Origin: an uncultured bacterium
GTDB taxonomy: Bacteria > Krumholzibacteriota > Krumholzibacteriia > JACNKJ01
NCBI GenBank assembly: GCA_963695095.1
Contig: CAVOFT010000001.1
Coordinates: forward strand, 2,784,001 to 2,848,000
Length of the DNA stretch: 64,000 nt
Direction: 5' to 3'
Shown here: positions 31,920-43,381 of the stretch, in pieces
How positions within the stretch are numbered: position 1 is the first letter of the stretch
Layout of the letters: the number at the start of each line of letters is the position of its first letter
Position numbers and translations under genes: made by a program
The notes under the pieces: model-generated
Database searches by the model: none
What the model was told of the DNA's origin: nothing
What the model saw: only the letters and a program-made list of their open reading frames with translations

Positions 31920-33335
31920 ATGAATTCCACCCAGCACCAGCTCGAACTCGAGGCGCGCATCCCCGAGATCGTGGGCGCCACCCACCCCGTGCCCCTGCTC
32001 GACGGCCGCAGGGTCGACGGCATCTACTTCGACAACGCCGCCTCCACCAAGCCCTTCGCCGAGGTGAGCGCCTTCCTCAAGTCCATCGAGCCCTACTACT
32101 CGAACATCCATCGCGGCACGGGCTTCGACTCCATCTACTGCACGCACCTCTATGAAGAGGCGCGGCGCATCATCCTCGCCTTCGTGGGTGGCGCGCCGGG
32201 CCGGCAGATCGTCATCCCCGTGCGCAACACCACCGAGGGCCTCAACCTGCTCGCGATGACCATGGACTTCGATCGTACGCGCGACGTGGTGATCACCAGC
32301 ATCCTCGAGCACCACAGCAACGACCTGCCCTGGCGCGGCAAGGCCAGGGTGGAGTACCTGCCCGCCGATGGCGAAGGCCAGCTGGACCTGGACGACCTCG
32401 AATCCCGGCTCAAGGCGCACGGCGGGGCCGTGAAGCTGGTGGCCGTCACCGGCGCGAGCAACGTGGTCGGCACGGTGACGCCCATTCACGCCATGGCCGA
32501 GCTCGCCCACGCCCACGGCGCCAAGATCTGCGTGGACGCCGCGCAGCTGCTCCCCCACCGCGCAGTGGACATGCGGCCCGAGGGAGACCCGGGCCACCTG
32601 GACTTCCTCGTCTTCAGCGCGCACAAGCTGAACTCGCCCTACGGCGAGGGCGCCGTGATCGGCGACTACAGCCACTTCCAGGCCGCGGCGCCCTACCTGC
32701 AGGGCGGCGGCACCGTCTACTCGGTGAGCCTGGACCACGTGATCTGGGCCGATCCACCGGACAAGCAGGAGGCGGGCACGCCGAACATCTTCGGCATGCT
32801 GGCCATGGCCAAGGCCCTGCAGATCATGGCCCGCTTCGGCATGGACGACCTCGTGGCTCACGAGCAGGCCCTCACGCGGCGGCTGCTCGAGGGCATCCGC
32901 GAGATTCCGCGCATCGCCGTCTACGGCAAGACGGACCCCGATGACCTCGCCGATCGCCTCGGCGTGGTCAGCTTCACCGTGGCCGGCCTCCATCACGCGC
33001 AGGTGGCGGCGATTCTCAGCTACGAGGGCGGCATCTGCGTGCGCAATGGCTGCTTCTGCGCGCACCCGCTGATCAAGCATTTGCTCAACGTGAGTCCCGA
33101 GCAGGAGGCCGACTTCGAGGCCGCCATTCGCGCGGGCGACCGGAGCGCCGTCCCCGGCGCCGTGCGCGCGAGCATCGGCCTGCACAACCGGCTCTGGGAA
33201 GTGGAGCACCTGCTGGCCATGCTGCGCCTCATCGCCGAGGAGCGCTGGCAGGGCGACTACCGGCTCGACCCCGCGACCGGGGAGTTCCGCCCCCACGGCT
33301 ATCGATTTGATTTCAGCGACTTGCCCGGATTCTAG
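31920..33335 (+). CDS. Class V PLP aminotransferase / cysteine desulfurase-like protein
   Basis: YFDNAAST, NTTEGLN, EHHSN, VDAAQ, FSAHK, EAGTPN, VRNGCFCAHP. Confidence 0.88.
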   Translation: MNSTQHQLELEARIPEIVGATHPVPLLDGRRVDGIYFDNAASTKPFAEVSAFLKSIEPYYSNIHRGTGFDSIYCTHLYEEARRIILAFVGGAPGRQIVIPVRNTTEGLNLLAMTMDFDRTRDVVITSILEHHSNDLPWRGKARVEYLPADGEGQLDLDDLESRLKAHGGAVKLVAVTGASNVVGTVTPIHAMAELAHAHGAKICVDAAQLLPHRAVDMRPEGDPGHLDFLVFSAHKLNSPYGEGAVIGDYSHFQAAAPYLQGGGTVYSVSLDHVIWADPPDKQEAGTPNIFGMLAMAKALQIMARFGMDDLVAHEQALTRRLLEGIREIPRIAVYGKTDPDDLADRLGVVSFTVAGLHHAQVAAILSYEGGICVRNGCFCAHPLIKHLLNVSPEQEADFEAAIRAGDRSAVPGAVRASIGLHNRLWEVEHLLAMLRLIAEERWQGDYRLDPATGEFRPHGYRFDFSDLPGF

Positions 33336-33420
33336 GCTTCCGATTCAGGCTGCCGGCCGGCCGGCGCGGTCCTCGGATTGCCGAGCGATTTTCCTCCAAT
33401 ACAAGAATGCGATTCGACCC

Positions 33421-33493
33421 TGTAGCACAGAAGTTACAGATTTCCAGCTTTGCAACCGCCAAGATTGTAACGGGTTTCCATAACAGCTATACT
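33421..33493 (+). promoter_or_regulatory. Sigma70 promoter with upstream 18-bp dyad
   Basis: TTGTAA (33465), 17 nt, TATACT (33488); TGTAGC-N6-GTTACA at 33421-33438. Confidence 0.6.
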
Positions 33494-33575
33494 CGGCCGG
33501 TTCCTGTCCTGCGCGCACGGCTGGCACCGTGGCGCGCGCATCCGATCAGGGTAGCTCAGCCACCGGGGGGTCGGC

Positions 33576-36500
33576 ATGTTCAGCGCCAAGCGGTGCTTCC
33601 CATTCATTGTTATTCTCGCTCTCAACCTCGCGCTCGCCGCCGGCAGCCTGGCCGCCACCTGGACCGTACCCGGCGACTTCGCGACGATCCAGGCCGCCAT
33701 CGACGGCGCGGCCGCGGGCGACCTCATCAACGTGGCCGCCGGCCACTACGAGGAACAGCTCCACATCGCGAAGAGCAATCTGACGATCGCCGGCGCCGGG
33801 GTCGGCCAGACCTTCATCGATTCCCCGGCCAGCCTGGCGCTCTTCTACACGACCAGCGAGCCCAACTACCCGATCGTCTACATCGAGCACTGCTCCGGGG
33901 TCCTGCTGCAGCAGCTCACCGTGGACGGCCTCGGCCGCGGCAACGCCAACTACCGCTTCCAGGGCGTGGCCTTCCACAACGCGGGCGGCACGCTGAGCAA
34001 CGTGAACGTCGACAACATCATGGACACCCCCTTCAGCGGGGCCCAGCACGGCGTCGGCGTCTTTGCCTACAAGGACAACCTCGTCGCCCGCACGATCACC
34101 CTCACCCAGGTCACGGTGAACGACTTCCAGAAGACCGGCGTCGTCATCGCCGGCGAGGAAGTCCATGCCACGCTCACCAGCGTGGCCACCTACGGCCAGG
34201 GCCCGACGAGCGTGACCGCGCAGAACGGCATCCAGGCCAGCTACGGCGCCACGGTCAGCGCCACGAACTGCACGGTGGCCGACATCGACTACCTCGGCAC
34301 GAGCTGGGCCGCCTCCGGCTACCTGGGCTACCAGGCCGAGAGCTTCGAGCTGACCGGCTGCACGGCCGACGCCTGCATGGTCGGCCTCTACATGCAGGAC
34401 ACGAGCGGCAGCTTCAGCGCGGGCGGCGTCACGAATCCCACGCTGGACGGCCTCTACGTCTACGAGACCGGCGCCGGCCCGGCGCCCCAGCCTCTTCTCG
34501 GCAAGCTGCCCCTGCCCGCGCAGATCCTCACCGAGAACCTCAGCTACCAGCGCCGCGGCACCGTGAGCTTCAGCGTGGACGCGAGCAGCTTCGTCGGCGT
34601 GGACCTCGTCGACAGCTGGGGCGTGGCGGCCTTCGGCTCCGGCACGGTCGGCCTCACGGTGAGCAACTGCCTCGTCTCCCACTGGGACTACGGCGTGCTC
34701 GCCTACGACTACGGCGGGGCCAGCATCACGACGACGGTGAACAACAACCGCCTGCTGGACAACCTGAGCCTCGGCATGTACGCGAACACGCCCAACGTCC
34801 AGAACGCGACCCGCAACTGGTGGGGCGACACGGATCCCAGCGATCAGGTGGGCGAAGCCGGCCTCGTGGACTTCAGCCCCTGGTGGAACGCGCCGCCCGG
34901 CACCAGCCCGATGCCCCTGGGCACGAACGACTCGATCCAGGCCGCGATCAACCTGGCCACCCCCGGGGCCACGATCAGCGTCGCGGCGGGCAGCTACGAA
35001 GAGCAGCTCGACATCGCCAAGAACCTGACGATCCAGGGCGCGGGCGAGGCCCTGACGACCGTGCTTTCCCCGTCCACGCTGCCGCTCTTCTTCACGACCG
35101 GCGCCGACAACCACCCCGTGGTCTATGTCCACGACGCCGAAGTGCATTTGAGCGCGCTCACCGTGGATGGCGCCGGGCGCGGCAACGGCAACGCCCGTTT
35201 CATGGGCATCGCCTTCTGGAACGCGGACGGCTCGCTCACGGACATCACCGTGACCGGCGTGCGCGAGACCCCCTTCAGCGGCGCGCAGCATGGCGTGGCG
35301 GTCTACGCCTACAACGATACGGGCGGGCCCTACGCCATCGCCTGCACGGACCTCACCGCGCTCGACTACCAGAAGAACGGCGTCACCTTGCTGGGCGCCG
35401 GCCTCGACGTGGACTTGCTGCGCGTGAGCTGCGCGGGCGCCGGCGCGTCGGGCGTCATCGCCCAGAACGGCATCGAGCTGGGCGATGGCGCCGCGGCGAC
35501 GCTCACCGATTGCGCGACCAGCGGCCACCACTGGACCGGCGCGAGCTGGACCTCGGCAGGGCTCTTGCTCATCGACGCCTCCCCGGTAGTCGCCACCGGC
35601 TTCGCCTCCAGCGAGGATCAGGTCTGCGTCTACGCCTATGACAGCGACCTGGAGCTCGACGGCGCCACGCTGCTGCACACGGGGAGCGACCCCGCCTACG
35701 ATGGCATCACGATGTGGAGCAGCAGCGACTACCCCGGCCCCGGCCAGCCGCGCGTGTTGCCGCAGCCTCTGAGCGAAATCGCGGCCGGCGGCGGGCGCGC
35801 CGCCATGGCCGTGACCATCACGAACAGCACGCTCACCGGCCAGAACCGGCCAGGCAGCTGGGGCGTGGATGCCTACGCCGAGAACGATCCCATCGCCTTC
35901 ACGATGCACGGCTCGACGATCACGGGCTTCGAGACCGGCGCCTGGCTCGAGGAGGCCGGCAGCACGCTCACGGCCGACCTCACGGGCAACGAGATCTACG
36001 GCAACGGCGACGGCGCCTGGTCCAACACCGCCACGCCGGCGGACGCGCGCCAGTGCTGGTGGGGCCATCACACGGGGCCCTTCCACGCCACCCTGAACAC
36101 GGTGGGCCAGGGCAACGCGGTGAGCGACAACGTCCTCTTCGACCCCTGGGCCGGCATGGCCGCGCTCTCGCTGACGCCGCCGGCGAGCGGGCCCATCACC
36201 TGCAGCCAGACGCAGCCTGCTCACCGTGCACTACGCGCCGGATTCGCTGACCCCGCCCTTGCGCGGCTACGAGATCACGCTGGACGCGAGTGACGAGCTG
36301 AGCTTCGGCACCGGCGACATCGTCGACCTGGGCGCGCTCGACGGCCTGGGCATGGGCCGACTACTTCGACGTGGTCGACAATCTCGACGGCACGATCACG
36401 GTGTCGGCGGCCATCCTCGGCGCCACGGCGGGGCTCACCAGCGCCGACGGACCTCTTCACGGTCACGGTGCACGGCGCGCAGACGGGCGCGGGCAGCCTG

Positions 36501-38741
36501 GACGTCATCGACTACAAGCTGCGCGATCTCGACAATGCCGACTTCTACGCGACGCTCGCGGGCGCGACGGTGGACGTGGACTGCACGCCGCCGGATGTGC
36601 CCGGACTCGACCCGGAGCCGGCCTACACCCAGGGCACCGAGAACACGCTGTACTGGAGCGACATGGCGGCCAGCGGCGCCATCGGGTATCTCATCGAGCG
36701 GGCCGAGGACGCGGCCTTCACGCTCGGCCTCGCCGACAGCGGCTGGATTCCGGGCACGGATCACACGTTCACGGGGCTCGCAGACGGCCAGATCTACCAC
36801 TACCGCGTCAAGACCCGCGACGCGCTGCTGAACGAGTCCGCCTGGTCGGCGAGCGAGTTCTCCACCCAGGACGACACCGCGCCGGACACCAGCGTCGACG
36901 CCCTCGGCACCTATCAGGGCGCTGCCACCTGGGACGTGGCCTACACGGCCAGCGATGCCACCAGCGGCGTAGCCACCGTGGAGCTGTTCTACCAGTTCGA
37001 TGGCGGCGGCTGGCAATCGCTGGGCCTGGTCGGCGCGAGCCCGGTGAGCTTCACGGCGCCCGACGGCGACGGCCTCTACGGCTTCTACACCGTGGGCACG
37101 GACGGCGTGGGCAACGCGGAGACGGCGCCCGGCGCGGCCGATGCCGAGACCACCCTGGACACGACGCCGCCGGCGGGCAGCTTCGCGATCAATGCCGCGG
37201 CCGCCTACACGAACAGCCTGGCCGTTGCGCTGAACAGCGGCGTCTCGGATCTGCACCCGCCGCTGGAGATGCGCTTCAGCAATGACGGCAGCAACTGGGA
37301 CCCCTGGCTGGCCTACGCGGCTAGCGCCGCCTGGAACCTGACGGCGGGCGCCGACGGGCCGCGCACGGTCTGGGCCGAGTACCGCGACACGGTCGGTAAC
37401 GTTTTCGCCGTGCAGGACGACATCGTCTACGACGCCACGGCGCCGGGCGGCATCGGCGGCCTCGCGCTGGAGACCGGCCACCACAAGGTGACCGTGACCT
37501 GGTCCGACCCGGGCGATGCGGATCTCAGCTTCCTCGAGGTCTATCGCGGCGTTTGGCACGACGGCGCCAATGTCTCGGCCTACCCCGAGTACGACGACAT
37601 CGCGGGCAACAGCATGCCGACCCGGCCGGCGGATCGGGCCGCGGCCGATGCCAGCCCCGAGTGGGAGCTGGCCGGCACGGCCTTGCCCGGCGACGAGCTC
37701 TTCGTGGACACGGGCGCGCCCCGCGGCGTCTACGTCTACCAGGTCTTCGCCGTGGACGTGGCCCTGAACTACGGCCCGGCCCAGGCCGGTCCGGCCTACC
37801 TCCCCACGGACGGCGTGGCCAACTACTGGCTGGGCGACGTGGACGACTACGGCACCGGCGACGGCGACTACGACGGCCTCGTCAACATCGGCGACATCAC
37901 GGTGATGGCCGCGACCTTCGGCCTCTGCGACGGCGCGGGCCTCTACAACAACGAGGTGGACGTCGGGCCCACCAGCGACAACAGCGTGCTGGGCATCCCG
38001 ACGACGGACAGCTGCATCGACTTCGAGGACCTGATCATCATCGCCATCAACTACGGCATGGTGGCGCCGCTGGCGACGCCGCCGGCGGGGTCGGGCCAGC
38101 CCACCTTCAGCTGGTACCGCATCGACGAGAGCACCTGGGGCTTCGGCTTGCTCGAAGCCGGTGCCGATCTGCAGGGCTTGCGCCTGAGCGCCGCGCTGCC
38201 TGCCGGCGTGACCCCGCAGGTCACGGCCGGGCGGGCGCTGCTGGATGCGGGTCCTTACTTCTTGGCGAACATCGACGCCCAGGGCTTCGATGCGAGCCTG
38301 GCGCTCCTGGGCACGGGTCGCGCGTTCACGGCAGCCGGCGAACTCCTGCGCGTGACCCTGCCCATGGGCGTTGAGCCCGGCGAGCTCTCGATCGCGGCGC
38401 GCAGCACGCGCAATGCGGCCATCGAGTTCGCGCTGGACGACACGGCGATTCCTGAACTGCCCGCGGCCTACCGCGTGGCCCAGAACTACCCGAATCCCTT
38501 CAATCCCAAGACGGAGATCCGCTTCGATCTGCCCGAGGCGCAGATGGCGCGGGTGGCCGTCTACGGTGCGGACGGCCGGTTCGTGAGGCTGCTCCTCGAC
38601 GAGCTGCGCCCCGCGGGCTTCCACCGGGTGGTCTGGGACGGCAGGGACAGCCGCGGCGATCAGGTCGCCTCCGGCGTCTACTTCTTCAGCGTGCAGGCAG
38701 GCCCGCTCAGCGAGACCCGCAAGATGCTGCTGCTGAAGTAG
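33576..38741 (+). CDS. Large secreted protein: two right-handed beta-helix modules, cohesin-like, Fn3/Ig, dockerin-like and FlgD-Ig C-terminal domains; frameshifts near 36215, 36355 and 36448
   Basis: Signal peptide; VPGDFATIQAAID, NWWG; DGLVNIGD...IDFEDL; QNYPNPFNP...WDGRD...SGVYF...KMLLLK. Confidence 0.78.
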
Positions 38742-38749
38742 CTGCTTCC

Positions 38750-38790
38750 GGCCGCGGACCCCGCTCTGCAGGCGGGGTCTGCGGCCTTTT
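38750..38790 (+). terminator. Intrinsic terminator
   Basis: GGCCGCGGACCCCGC/GCGGGGTCTGCGGCC stem followed by TTTT. Confidence 0.75.
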
Positions 38791-38821
38791 CGTGTTCCTG
38801 GGGTGAGAGAGCAAGCATGGG

Positions 38822-38842
38822 CGAAGCCCCCTCGGGGCTTCG
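38822..38842. other. Perfect 9-bp hairpin in the 5' region of the next gene
   Basis: CGAAGCCCC-CTC-GGGGCTTCG. Confidence 0.5.
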
Positions 38843-38874
38843 TGTGGTGGTGGACTCACTCAAGGGGAGAAACG

Positions 38875-41800
38875 ATGAAGACGAGGCTTACCCTCAGTGT
38901 TCTTCTGATCGCGCTGCTGGCCTGGCCGGCACTGGCGGCACCGCCGCTGGACCGTCCGGGACCGGCGAGCCATGACGCCCTCAGCCTCACCGGCCGGAGT
39001 ACGGCCGCGAGCACGGCTGTTCAGCCAGTTTACCTCGATCGCGGCGTCGTATCGGATGCCTACCTCTTCGGGGCCGACCGGCTGGAGGCGCTCCAGAACG
39101 ATGACGGCGGCTGGGACTGGGAGCTCGACGATGGCAATCCTGCCAATGTCAGCCCGTTGAACACGATCGGTCCGATCGGCAAGGGCTTGGCAAGGGCCTA
39201 TCTGCATACTCTCGACGGGGACCACCTGGCCGCGCTCGCGCAGACCGGCACCCTGCTCCTGAGCAAGACCAACAACTTCTCGCCCTCGGACGGCTACCTG
39301 GCCGCGCAGCTCGACGCCATCTTCGGCGGCACGACCTACGTGGACCATATGACTGCGAGTTTCTATGACTTCCTGGCCGCCGGCACCTACAACCGGAATG
39401 GCCTCGGCACGCTCTACACGACAGCCGCCTATGTCCAGCTCATCCGCGACAGCCGGACGGGCAGTCAGGCAAACTTGGCTGCCTGGGATTTCGGCATGGG
39501 CCTGGTTGGCGCTCTCGCGGCCGGCGCGCCTACCGCAGCCTGGATCGCCGGCGTCGAGGCCGAGATCGATGAGCTGGACGGCGCTGACTCCTACGACGTC
39601 ATCGGCCTTGCGGGCGCTCTTTATGGCCTCGCTGCCGCCGGCGTCGAGTTCGATCCCACGGCGGGCGAGCATGCCGCCGCATCGAGCCTGGCCGACCTCG
39701 CCGCGATCCTGGCGAGCTACCAGATCGACCTCGGCGGCTTCGCCTGGAACTCCGACTACGTGATCCCCAACGACAGCAACGAGACCATCCAGGAGACGGC
39801 CTACGCGATCCTGGCCCTTGCGGAGGTCGCACGCCCAGAGGACGCCGACAACATCTTCGGAGCCAGCGTCTACCTGCTGAGCGTCCAGCTTGCCACGGGT
39901 GGCTGGGAGAACTACCCCACCAGTGGCGAGAACAACGAAGTCACCGCCGAGGCGCTCTGGGGCCTCGATGCGGCGGGCGCGGAGATCAGCGAAGTCTGGG
40001 TCGACGACGACTTCACCAGCGCCACACCCGGCTGGGGCATCACCCACTTCGCCAGCATTCAGGACGGCATCGATGCGGTGGACGGCAGCACAGTGCATGT
40101 CGCTGCCGGCACCTATGAAGAGCAACTCAACATTGACAAGGTCATCGAGATCGCAGGCGCAGGCAAGGCATTGACCACCATCCTTTCGCCGGTGACCTTG
40201 ACTGATTACTACACGACAAGCGCCGACAACTACCCTGTGGTTTTCGTGCATGACACCGACGGGGTGAACATCCACGATCTCACCGTGGATGGCGCCGGTC
40301 GCGGCAATGCAAACTATCGTTTCATGGGCGTTGCCTTCTACAATGCCGGAGGCACGCTGCAGGACTGCGATGTTGTCGGCATCGAAGACACTCCCTTCAG
40401 CGGCAGCCAGCACGGAAACGCCATCTACGCATGGGACGATATCGCCCCGGCGCACACCGTGAACGTAATCGATTGCGCGGTGAGCGACTTCCAGAAGAAC
40501 GGCATCACCCTGAATGGCTCGCAGTGCACGGGGCATGTCGAGGGTTGTACGGTGACGGGCAAGGGCCCGACGCCCATCACTGCCCAGAACGGCATTCAAC
40601 TCGCCTACGGCGTGACTGCAGCCGTACTCGACTGCGACGTCATGGGCCTCAACTACACCGGCGGCGGCTATGCGGCTGCGGGCATCCTGATCTATCAATC
40701 TCCGTCGGTCACGCTCTCCGGTGACTGGACGGCCACCGACAACTACGTCGGCATCCTCTGTGAGGATAGCAATGCCGACATCAGCGGCGGCTTCATCTCC
40801 AACCAGGACCCCGACAGCTGGGACGGAATCTACGCGCGCAACTTCGGCACTCGCTCCAGCGGCCATGATGGTCGCGGCAGCGCCTCTCCCGTCGAGGAGG
40901 CGAGCAGCTACCAGCCTGGGCGTGCCAATCAGAGCGTGAGCATCTCCGGCGTGACCATTGACGGTCATGATCGTGCGGATAGCTGGGGCATCAACCTGTA
41001 CGCTGCCAGCGAGCAACTCGACGTCGAGATCCAGAACGTCCAGGTAACGGACTTCGACATCGGCATCCGCGCCGTGGAGAATGGCGGCACGGTCACCAGC
41101 AGCACGGGGCAGAGCGTGATCGCCAGCAATGGCACCTTCGGCTTCTATGCCAGCGGCCTGACCTTCCAGGAGGCCACCGGCAACTGGTGGGGTGATGTCA
41201 CGGGACCTTACCACGCCACTAGCAACGCGGGCGGGCTTGCGAATCCCGTCAGCGACTTCGTTGACTTCGACCCCTGGCTCGGCGGCAACGTGGTCTTCGA
41301 CCCGGATCCGCAGGTGATCAACCTGGACGACGCCCCCGGCTACGCGGGCGAGGTGGTGCTGAGCTACCTGGGCGGCGGCTCGGGGCTGGTCTACGGCTAC
41401 TCGATCGACATCGTCTGGGATCCGGCGGTGATCACCAGCGTGGTCGTGGACCTGCCCGACACGGGTCCCTTCGCGATTGCGCCTGTCGTCGGCAGCACTG
41501 CGATCACGAACGGCCGGCGCTTCGACGCTGCGCTCGGCAACACGTCGATCGGGACGAGCATGGCCCCGTTGCTAAAGATCACCTATGTGGCCAACGGCAG
41601 CTTGGACGATGCCGAGTCACCCCTGACGCTCACGCTCAACAATTTCCGCGGCTACCCGAATCAGCCCCTCACCGGCTTCGTCGGAGATGACGGGTTGGTT
41701 ATCGTGGATATCGTGGCGCCTTCCGTGACGGGCGTTGCCATCGTGAACGACACCGTCAGCCCCGTTACCGGTTCGAACGACTTCGTGAAGGACACGGACA

Positions 41801-43313
41801 ACCTCACGGTGACGGCGACGGTCAGCGATGGTAGCGTGCTCACGGCCGCCAACATCAAGGCCGACCTTTCGGACCTTGGTGGCGGCGCGGCGGTCACTCC
41901 GGCGACCTACCTTGGCAACGTGGCAACCTGGAGCATCGCCTCCGCTGCCTGCACGCCTGCCGATGGGGCCCTGAGCGTGGTGGTGACGGTCACCGATCCC
42001 AGCGACAATGTTTCGATGGCCAGCGATGGCATCACGGCCGACAACACACTGCCGACCGTGGTCAGTGGCCTCGTCGTGACGCCGGGACACAACGAAGTCA
42101 ATGCCGTCTGGAACGAGGCCTCCGGTAATGATCTCAACTACTACCGGACCCTGCTCATGACGACGACCTGGGGCGACTATCCCCACTACGCGACGGCGGC
42201 TCCGGCCTATCCCGGCGCCGGGGCGCTCCCCGCCGCCTGGTCAGGCACCGGCACGACGACGACCCTCGCCTACGCGGCTGACGGCAGCGCGCGCGACCTC
42301 GTCTACGTCGGCGCCTTCGTCGTGGACATGGCCCTCAACTTCAGCGCTGCCGACGCGGGCGGTCAGGACCGGGCCACGAACTACTGGCTCGGCGATGTCC
42401 AGCCCGTCAGCTCGCCCCTGGGCGATGGCGACGTGGACGCCCTGGATGTCTCTCAGCTGGGCACAAGCTATGGCCTGGCGGAAGGCGCCGGAGGCTTCAA
42501 CGCCCACTGCGACGTCGGTCCCGACGGACGACTGGAGCGGCACGCGGCGTCCCCGCGCACCGACAACCTCGTCGGCTTCGAGGATCTGATGATCTTCGCG
42601 CTGAACTACGGCGACGTCGGCCCGCGCCGCGTTGCCCAGGGCAGCGAGATCGCGCAGCTCGAGCTGGTTCGCAGACGGCAGGACGGCGATTGGAGCCTCG
42701 TGCTCACCGAGCCCTGCGCCAACCTGAAGGCCCTGCACCTGACGGCCGCGCTGCCCGCGGGCGTCAAGGCCGATGCTGATCCCGGGCGGCAGCTGCTCGA
42801 GCAGCAGGCCGGCCCGGTCTTCCTGCAGCAGATTCCCGGCCAGGGCCTGGATGTGAGCCTCGCGTTCTCGGCCGATGCGGCCTGGTCATCTCGCGGCCAG
42901 GGCGCTGCTCTTCAGCGTGCGCCTGCCGGCGGGGGTCACTCCCGGCGACATCGAGCTCGGCGATCGCGATGCGGCGAATGCCGCTCAGCTCGGCCTTCGA
43001 GCTCGAGCGAGACCACCGACGTGGCCGACCTGCCCACGGTCTACCGTCTCGCGGGCAACTACCCCAACCCCTTCAACCCGAAGACCGCGATCAGCTTCGA
43101 TCTGCCCGAAGTCGCAGTTCGTGACGCTGGCGGTCTTCGGCGCCGACGGCCGGCGCATCGCCACCCTGCTCGACGAGCGGATGGCGGCCGGCCGTCACAG
43201 CGCGATCTGGGACGGCCGCGACGACACGGCAAGCCGGTCGCCACGGGTGTCTACTTCGCGCGCATCGAGGCGGGTCCGCTCGCGGAGACCCACAAGATGC
43301 TGCTCTGAAGTAG
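38875..43313 (+). CDS. Large secreted paralog: prenyltransferase/squalene-cyclase-like alpha-alpha toroid, beta-helix, cohesin-like, Ig, dockerin-like and FlgD-Ig domains; several indels in 42520-43310
   Basis: AAGGGGAG RBS; signal peptide; LQNDDGGW, YQIDLGGF, VQLATGGW repeats; DGDVDALD...VGFEDL; GNYPNPFNP; the ORF track ends at 43308, the paralog-like end (MLLK) would be 43313. Confidence 0.75.
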
Positions 43314-43336
43314 CGTGCCGGTACACTACTAGTCCC

Positions 43337-43362
43337 GAGGGGGGCCGGCTACGGCCCCCCTC
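43337..43362. terminator. 11-bp hairpin between secreted-protein genes
   Basis: GAGGGGGGCCG-GCTA-CGGCCCCCCTC; no U-tract. Confidence 0.55.
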
Positions 43363-43381
43363 CATCGTCCAGGAGATCGCC

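Noticed and set aside
31920..33335. Assigning sufS
   Set aside because: The motif is RNGCFCA rather than RxGHHCA and no suf genes are adjacent; left as a class V PLP enzyme.
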